Source of the DNA: an uncultured virus (IMG/VR IMGVR_UViG_3300025674_009014)
Taxonomy: Duplodnaviria > Heunggongvirae > Uroviricota > Caudoviricetes
DNA length: 64,000 nt
Reading direction: 5' to 3' (one strand)
Virus record (IMG/VR): IMGVR_UViG_3300025674_009014
Below are positions 58,335 to 64,000 of this stretch, piece by piece. A program made the position numbers and the translations under genes. The notes below the pieces were generated by a model that worked only from the letters and a program-made list of their open reading frames with translations, was not told the DNA's origin and did no database searches. The stretch's first letter is position 1, and each line of letters begins with the position of its first letter.

Positions 58335-61004
58335 ATGAATAAAATTCTGTACATAACTCCACATTTATCTACAGGCGGTGCTCCGCAATATCTTTTAAAA
58401 AAAATAGAACTCCTACGAAATATTTATAATATTTATGTCATTGAATATAATGACTATGGTATTTATAGAGTTCAAAAAAATAAAATTATAGAAATTATTG
58501 ACGATAAGTTATTCACACTAGGAGATGAAAAAACTGAAATATTTGAAATAATCAACCAAATAAATCCTCATGTGATTCATTTTGAGGAAATGCCAGAATT
58601 TTTTATGAACGATGATATAACTAAAAAAATATATTCTTCAGATAGAAAATATTTAATTTATGAAACATCACATGACTCATCTTTCGAATCATCAAATAAA
58701 AGATTTTTGCCTGATAGATTTTTATTTTGCAGTGATAATCAGGTATTAAAATTTGCAAATTTAAATATACCTAGTTCTGTTATTGAATATCCAGTAGAGA
58801 AAAAACAGAAAAAAAACAGAGAAGATGCATTAAAATTTTTAAATTTAGATCCTGAAAAATTACACGTTTTGAATGTGGGACTTTTTACACCTAGAAAAAA
58901 TCAATCCGAAATTATCGAATACGCTAGAAGAATGGTAGAACTGCCAGTTCAATTTCATTTTGTCGGAAATATGGCACCAAATTTCAAAGATTATTGGCAA
59001 CCTATATTAGAAAATATTCCAAATAATTGTATGATTTGGGGTGAACGAGATGATGTAAATAATTTTTATTCATGTATGGATTTATTTTTATTCACATCCA
59101 AAGGTAATAGTCATGATAAAGAAACAAATCCTTTGTCAATTAAGGAAGCATTATCTTGGAATATGCCTACTTTGATTTATAAGTTGGATAGTTATCAGGA
59201 TAAATTTGACAATAAGGTAACATATTTATCTGATGATTTTGAAATGAATCTTCTTAAAATTTTAAGAAAACTTAAATTATCTGACAATTATATTAATTGT
59301 TACATTGAAGAAGAATCTAAAGTAAATTTACTTACTGGTGATTTTTTTCATGTTTTAAAAGATAAAATTGTTGGATTATATGAAACAAATTCCAATCTTT
59401 TAATGTATCGTTCAAAAGTTTTTGGTCCATCTTTGTGGATAACACCCAATGCGTCTCCTTCTTTGATTAGTGGTCTTTCTGTACGAATTTATGATGCGCC
59501 TCATGATTATTTTTCAAATTTAGAAGAAGTGGATTTGATAAATGAACACAATCTCTTGTATGAAAAAACATTTGATTTTGGCAATGATGTTAATGTTATT
59601 TTAAATGGCGAAAAACAAAATTTTAGTTCAATTAAAGATGATCAAGCATCTTGGTATACAATGTATGAGGTTTTTTTAAAAGAAATTTATAAGAAAATTG
59701 ATATAAAAAAAGGAGATATAGTTTTAGATATTGGGGGACATTATGGATTTTTTTCTTTATATTCATTGGAACAAGGAGCCGACCATGTTTATTCATTTGA
59801 GCCAACAAAAACAACTTTTGATGTGTTGTGTAAAAATTTAAGAAATTATGATAATGCTAAAAAATTCAATTTTGCAATTTCTGATGAGAATGGTGAGAAG
59901 GAATTTTTTACCCTAGGTCCATCTTCAGTGAATTCTTTTTATGATAGTTTCAATACAGATGAAACAAATCCTACTACTCTCGGTAAGAAAAAAATTGAAA
60001 GTGTTAGAACTATGACTATTCCTACATTTATGAAAAATAATGATTTGGATCGCATAGATGTATTAAAACTAGATTGTGAAGGCGAAGAATGGAAGATATT
60101 ACCGAATATTAGTGATGATTTTTTAAAATATAGAATTAGAAAAATTACAATGGAAGTTCATGATTTTTTTGATAATGATAATTCTGTGGAATCTAGAGTT
60201 CGAAGATCGAATGATTTAGTCAATAGATTGGAAAAATGTAATTATAATGTAATTGTTGAAGATGAAGTGAAGAGCGGAGGATTGGGTAATTTATGGGCTT
60301 TTAGATATCCAAAAATAAAAATTGTTCATATGCTAGTAGATGTGAATGGTGATAGAGAAAAGGAATCGATTAAACATCTTAGAGAATTGTCAAATTATTC
60401 AGGTTGGGAATATGTTCAAATGGTAAATGGAAAATATGATTCTTTACCTCCAATTGATACCTGCGCTAGACCTGAAGATGTGCAAATGGAGCCTGGTCAT
60501 TATAAATTAACACCGGCACATTATGGTAATTTTCTTGCCCATCAACTAGCGATGAAGGAGCATTTGACAGAAGAATGTGATGCTGTTCTTTTTTGCGAAT
60601 GTGATGCTATTTTTATCAAACCTATGCATGAGATTTATAAACAAATAATCGACAGGCTTGATGATTTAAATGAATATGATCTAAAATATATGAATTTTGG
60701 TAAAAGAATAATCGATTGGCATTATCAAGAGCGTAATAAATATTTTGATATTGCTAGTAGAATGTCTGAAGCGCACTGTTATTTGGTTCCTTGCACATCC
60801 AGAGATTATTTCATGCAAAAGTTTGAAAACACTGGCTGGGATACTTATGATTTGTGGTTGAATAATAATATTTTATGTGAAATGGTTGGTGGCATAACAA
60901 AAAATCCTTTTTCAATTCAATGTTCAGGTGATTCTTATCTAGATAAATCTTTTAAGGATGGTACCACCTTATTAAAAGACGGCGATATTACTTATGTCTT
61001 GTGA
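58335..61004 (+). CDS. Multidomain GT4 glycosyltransferase - FkbM methyltransferase - GT-like fusion
   Basis: TPHLSTGGAPQY, VGLFTPRKNQ, ETNPLSIKEA; LDIGGHYGFFS, FEP, LKLDCEGEE; C-terminal FCECDA. Confidence 0.85.
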   Translation: MNKILYITPHLSTGGAPQYLLKKIELLRNIYNIYVIEYNDYGIYRVQKNKIIEIIDDKLFTLGDEKTEIFEIINQINPHVIHFEEMPEFFMNDDITKKIYSSDRKYLIYETSHDSSFESSNKRFLPDRFLFCSDNQVLKFANLNIPSSVIEYPVEKKQKKNREDALKFLNLDPEKLHVLNVGLFTPRKNQSEIIEYARRMVELPVQFHFVGNMAPNFKDYWQPILENIPNNCMIWGERDDVNNFYSCMDLFLFTSKGNSHDKETNPLSIKEALSWNMPTLIYKLDSYQDKFDNKVTYLSDDFEMNLLKILRKLKLSDNYINCYIEEESKVNLLTGDFFHVLKDKIVGLYETNSNLLMYRSKVFGPSLWITPNASPSLISGLSVRIYDAPHDYFSNLEEVDLINEHNLLYEKTFDFGNDVNVILNGEKQNFSSIKDDQASWYTMYEVFLKEIYKKIDIKKGDIVLDIGGHYGFFSLYSLEQGADHVYSFEPTKTTFDVLCKNLRNYDNAKKFNFAISDENGEKEFFTLGPSSVNSFYDSFNTDETNPTTLGKKKIESVRTMTIPTFMKNNDLDRIDVLKLDCEGEEWKILPNISDDFLKYRIRKITMEVHDFFDNDNSVESRVRRSNDLVNRLEKCNYNVIVEDEVKSGGLGNLWAFRYPKIKIVHMLVDVNGDREKESIKHLRELSNYSGWEYVQMVNGKYDSLPPIDTCARPEDVQMEPGHYKLTPAHYGNFLAHQLAMKEHLTEECDAVLFCECDAIFIKPMHEIYKQIIDRLDDLNEYDLKYMNFGKRIIDWHYQERNKYFDIASRMSEAHCYLVPCTSRDYFMQKFENTGWDTYDLWLNNNILCEMVGGITKNPFSIQCSGDSYLDKSFKDGTTLLKDGDITYVL

Positions 61005-62001
61005 TTCTATTGTATTGATTCATGCGCATTTATCGACTCCAGACAGAATAAAGTGTTGCATAGAATTAATCAATAATGTAAAAAAATTTGGGTATGAGAT
61101 AATACTCACTACTCATACTCCTGCTAGTAAAATGATACAAGAAAAGGTAGATTATTTTGTTTATGATAAGGAAAATATTGTATTGACAGATCCTGCATTT
61201 TTAGGATATATTACATACTACACTGATAATTTTGATCTGTCCACTCAACAATTTCATGGACATAACACTACATTTGCCGTTTTTAGATTACTATATCTTG
61301 GGATCAATTATGCGAAATTTTTGGGTAAAAAAATTATTCATATAATGGATTATGACGGTTTGATTAAAAGTCCACACGAACTTCAAATAAATGAAGCTAA
61401 AATATTATCTAAAAAAATTGATGGTGTTTTTTATTATTGGGCAACTGAGAATGATCGTCAAAGTGCGAATAAATTACAAGTGACCACACGATTAATGTCA
61501 GGTGATGTGAACTATATGTATAATTGCTTTTCAAAATATTTAAGCTTAGAAAAACAAAAAGATATAACATTAAAATATCAATTTTTACCTGGAGAGGAAT
61601 TTTTTGCTTACGTGTTAAATCTCACAAAGTTTAATGATAGTAAAAATGCAAATGTCGAACTGGTGGATTTTGTATCAAATCTTAAAAAAATACAATTTGA
61701 ACAAGATAGAATGCATATCGAAGAAACTAAACCATGGGTCGCATTGTGCATTGGAGATTTGGATAAAGATTATATTTTTCATTTAAATCATTTTATTGAT
61801 ATGAAAATGAAAGTTCAAGTAGATGATAAAATAATATCAGATTCATTTTTCATGAGAGGTCAATATAATTTAGTTGAATTTAATAAGGGAAAATTTATTA
61901 AGATTTTCATGAACGATGAATTGTTCAAAACATTTGACTTGACAGATAATGATTTTTATAATAATATAAAGAAAACGACTACAATTTATTTTAAAAGGTG
62001 A
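60994..62001 (+). CDS. Hypothetical protein; paralog of 14825..15865
   Basis: Shared TH.P...VDY.VY.K.N and H..(N/D)YD motifs. Confidence 0.6.
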   Translation: MSCDSIVLIHAHLSTPDRIKCCIELINNVKKFGYEIILTTHTPASKMIQEKVDYFVYDKENIVLTDPAFLGYITYYTDNFDLSTQQFHGHNTTFAVFRLLYLGINYAKFLGKKIIHIMDYDGLIKSPHELQINEAKILSKKIDGVFYYWATENDRQSANKLQVTTRLMSGDVNYMYNCFSKYLSLEKQKDITLKYQFLPGEEFFAYVLNLTKFNDSKNANVELVDFVSNLKKIQFEQDRMHIEETKPWVALCIGDLDKDYIFHLNHFIDMKMKVQVDDKIISDSFFMRGQYNLVEFNKGKFIKIFMNDELFKTFDLTDNDFYNNIKKTTTIYFKR

Positions 62002-62004
62002 TTG

Positions 62005-64000
62005 ATGAACAAATTAAAATTATCTTTAATTACTTCTTGCTACAATGCAGAAAAATTTATTGATGAAACTGCAGAATCTATATTATCTCAAAATTATGAT
62101 AATTGGGAATGGTTGATATCTGATGATTTTTCAACGGATAACACTTATCAATCTATTGAAAAAATTAGTCAAAAAGATAATAGAATAAAAATAATTGTTC
62201 CTAGATATAAAAAAGAAATTTGGTGGAATCCGCAGACTCATGCTAATGGTGACATTGTTTGTCATATAGATTCTGATGACATTCTGTTACCGAATACTTT
62301 AGACAGAATTAACTATTATTTTAATTTGTTTCCTGAAAGTGTTTTGATGCACTTTAATGCAAACAAATATTTTGATGAATTTCCAAAAAATCCTAGAGAA
62401 GACTTTTTAAGTAATTTCAAGGATAATGTTTTTATGACAACTGATAATGATTCTTTTCTGGAAGGCTTTGAAAAACTATGGCCGAATCGAACAAACATTT
62501 TCGGCTATCTAAGAATTTTTAGAAATTTACCTGGAATTCAATTTCCAGTACATGAAGATGGTGACGCATGTTCGTCTAATGATGGCCAGTGGTTATTGAT
62601 GTTGGAAGAGAGGGGTAAATGGGTCACAATTCCTAGGACCACTTATCTCGCAAGAGATCATGGAAATTCAGAAAATTATAGAAATTGGAATCCAAGAGGT
62701 GAAGCACAACTAGCAATAGATGCTAGGAAAAGAAGAAAAGAATTTATTTTAGAATATCCAAGAAATATTAAATATTTTGATGATATTTATGATGCGGCAG
62801 AATCAACATACACATCATTATTGAATCATGAAAATGAATCTAAAATAATCAGTTTTTGTAATTTTAATTATGATGCTCAAAAACAAGATAAAATTTTAAA
62901 ATTATTCTATGATCATGAAATATATTTTGATTACTATGGAAATGTTGATTACTTTTATATTAAAATTAATTTAGAAACTAAACCGAATGATATAAGTTTC
63001 TTTATCAATATGATTGAAGAACAAAATAAAAATTCATGCGAAATAGTGTTATTTTGTGATAATTCTCATTTAATGAGAAATAATAGAACCCATGAAGATA
63101 TTTTGTTAAATATTAATAATTTATTGACAGAAATGGGTTATCATTTTTTGTGGTATAATAAAGACAATAGATTTACTATTGTTACAAATTCTAAACATGA
63201 AAATAAGAAGGTAATCGAAGTTAAAGAACAAGATTTTGAAGAAAAAAAATCACATAATGAATTAAATATTGTTGAAGCATTTGAGAAATTTGATGAATTA
63301 AATATTTTACAAATACATTCTGGTTGTGGAATTGAAATTCCTCCAAAAGGATATGGAGGAGTTGAGGAAGTTATTGGTCAGTATATAAATGCTGGTAAAA
63401 GAAGAGGTCACAATGTACAATTAAAGTATCTAGATTATATAACACAAACCGATTTAGAAGAGTTTGATGTTTTTCATAATCATATGGCAAATTTTAATGA
63501 TTTATTGAAAAATAGATTTATTCCATATATACACACTGTTCATGATGCCTGGGTAGGATTACAACAAAAATATAGTCCTTCTTACAATTTAATAAAATCT
63601 ACTATTAATAATTCGATTTTAAGTTTAACACCTATAGAGAATTTTATTTCATATTTTGACGCAAAAGACAAATTATATCATTTACATCATGGTGTAGATA
63701 CTAATTTTTATTATCCAAACTATGATAAAATTAAAGGAGAGAGATTAGTTTGTGTAGGAGGTGGGGATGATAGAAAAGGATTTCATTTAGCTATTCTTGC
63801 CGCACATAAACTAGGGTTACCTATTACTATTATAGGTGCTGATTCTATACACGATGATTACAATAAAGTTTTTTATCAAATTTATGAAGATTGTAAAAAT
63901 GATATTGAAATAAATTTATTGGGCAATGTATTAAAAAAAGATTTGAGAAAAATTTTAGCAGAACAGGATATTATAATACATCCAGCATCCATGGAAACAG
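62005..64000 (+). CDS. GT2-GT4 fusion glycosyltransferase (3'-truncated by the window edge)
   Basis: Not in the ORF track because no stop occurs; MNKLKLSLITSCYNAEKFI...SDDFSTD...HIDSDD (GT2), then in-frame IPPKGYGGVEEV...HHGVD...RKGFHLAI (GT4). Confidence 0.85.
   Translation, partial: MNKLKLSLITSCYNAEKFIDETAESILSQNYDNWEWLISDDFSTDNTYQSIEKISQKDNRIKIIVPRYKKEIWWNPQTHANGDIVCHIDSDDILLPNTLDRINYYFNLFPESVLMHFNANKYFDEFPKNPREDFLSNFKDNVFMTTDNDSFLEGFEKLWPNRTNIFGYLRIFRNLPGIQFPVHEDGDACSSNDGQWLLMLEERGKWVTIPRTTYLARDHGNSENYRNWNPRGEAQLAIDARKRRKEFILEYPRNIKYFDDIYDAAESTYTSLLNHENESKIISFCNFNYDAQKQDKILKLFYDHEIYFDYYGNVDYFYIKINLETKPNDISFFINMIEEQNKNSCEIVLFCDNSHLMRNNRTHEDILLNINNLLTEMGYHFLWYNKDNRFTIVTNSKHENKKVIEVKEQDFEEKKSHNELNIVEAFEKFDELNILQIHSGCGIEIPPKGYGGVEEVIGQYINAGKRRGHNVQLKYLDYITQTDLEEFDVFHNHMANFNDLLKNRFIPYIHTVHDAWVGLQQKYSPSYNLIKSTINNSILSLTPIENFISYFDAKDKLYHLHHGVDTNFYYPNYDKIKGERLVCVGGGDDRKGFHLAILAAHKLGLPITIIGADSIHDDYNKVFYQIYEDCKNDIEINLLGNVLKKDLRKILAEQDIIIHPASMET

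Noticed and set aside
1120..62498. Numerous 60-114 aa ORFs antisense or out-of-frame within larger genes (e.g. 1120..1338, 4123..4395, 14002..14214, 28036..28332, 29160..29504, 57486..57743, 62316..62498)
   Set aside because: They lie wholly or almost wholly inside well-supported genes and have no motifs; expected shadow ORFs.
1..64000. Alternative genetic code, introns or inteins
   Set aside because: TAA, TAG and TGA all end genes at tight junctions, and conserved enzymes have normal lengths without intein or homing-endonuclease motifs.

Overview
AT-rich, densely packed segment of what is most likely a large T4-like (myovirus/jumbo) phage genome. Supporting markers: T4-type RNase H, PD-(D/E)XK exonuclease, SleB-like hydrolase, FmdB zinc ribbon, two tRNAs and consensus sigma70 promoters. 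Layout: (i) 1-4.8 kb, nucleotide-sugar/glycan module (GT, glf, UDP-glucuronate epimerase-like, sulfotransferase, rmlB). (ii) 4.8-17.8 kb, auxiliary metabolic and core-like genes (prs, MazG-like, a PAICS-type purC, tRNA-Arg(UCU), tRNA-CAU, rnh, exonuclease). (iii) About 38 kb (16.1-54.6 kb) of co-oriented biosynthetic/modification genes: 16 radical SAM enzymes, carbamoyltransferase, flavin halogenase, adenylating enzyme, sodium:solute symporter, 2OG-Fe(II) hydroxylases, PLP aminotransferase, nitroreductase, two QueC-like PP-loop enzymes, three SGNH-like proteins, glycosyl- and methyltransferases. Near its centre is an un-annotated 36-aa ORF (acidic N-terminus, Tyr-rich C-terminus) that looks like a RiPP precursor. 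(iv) A duplicated two-gene module on the minus strand, probably virion-associated. (v) Large multidomain glycosyltransferases running off the right end. All functional calls come from motif recognition by eye; no database searches were run.
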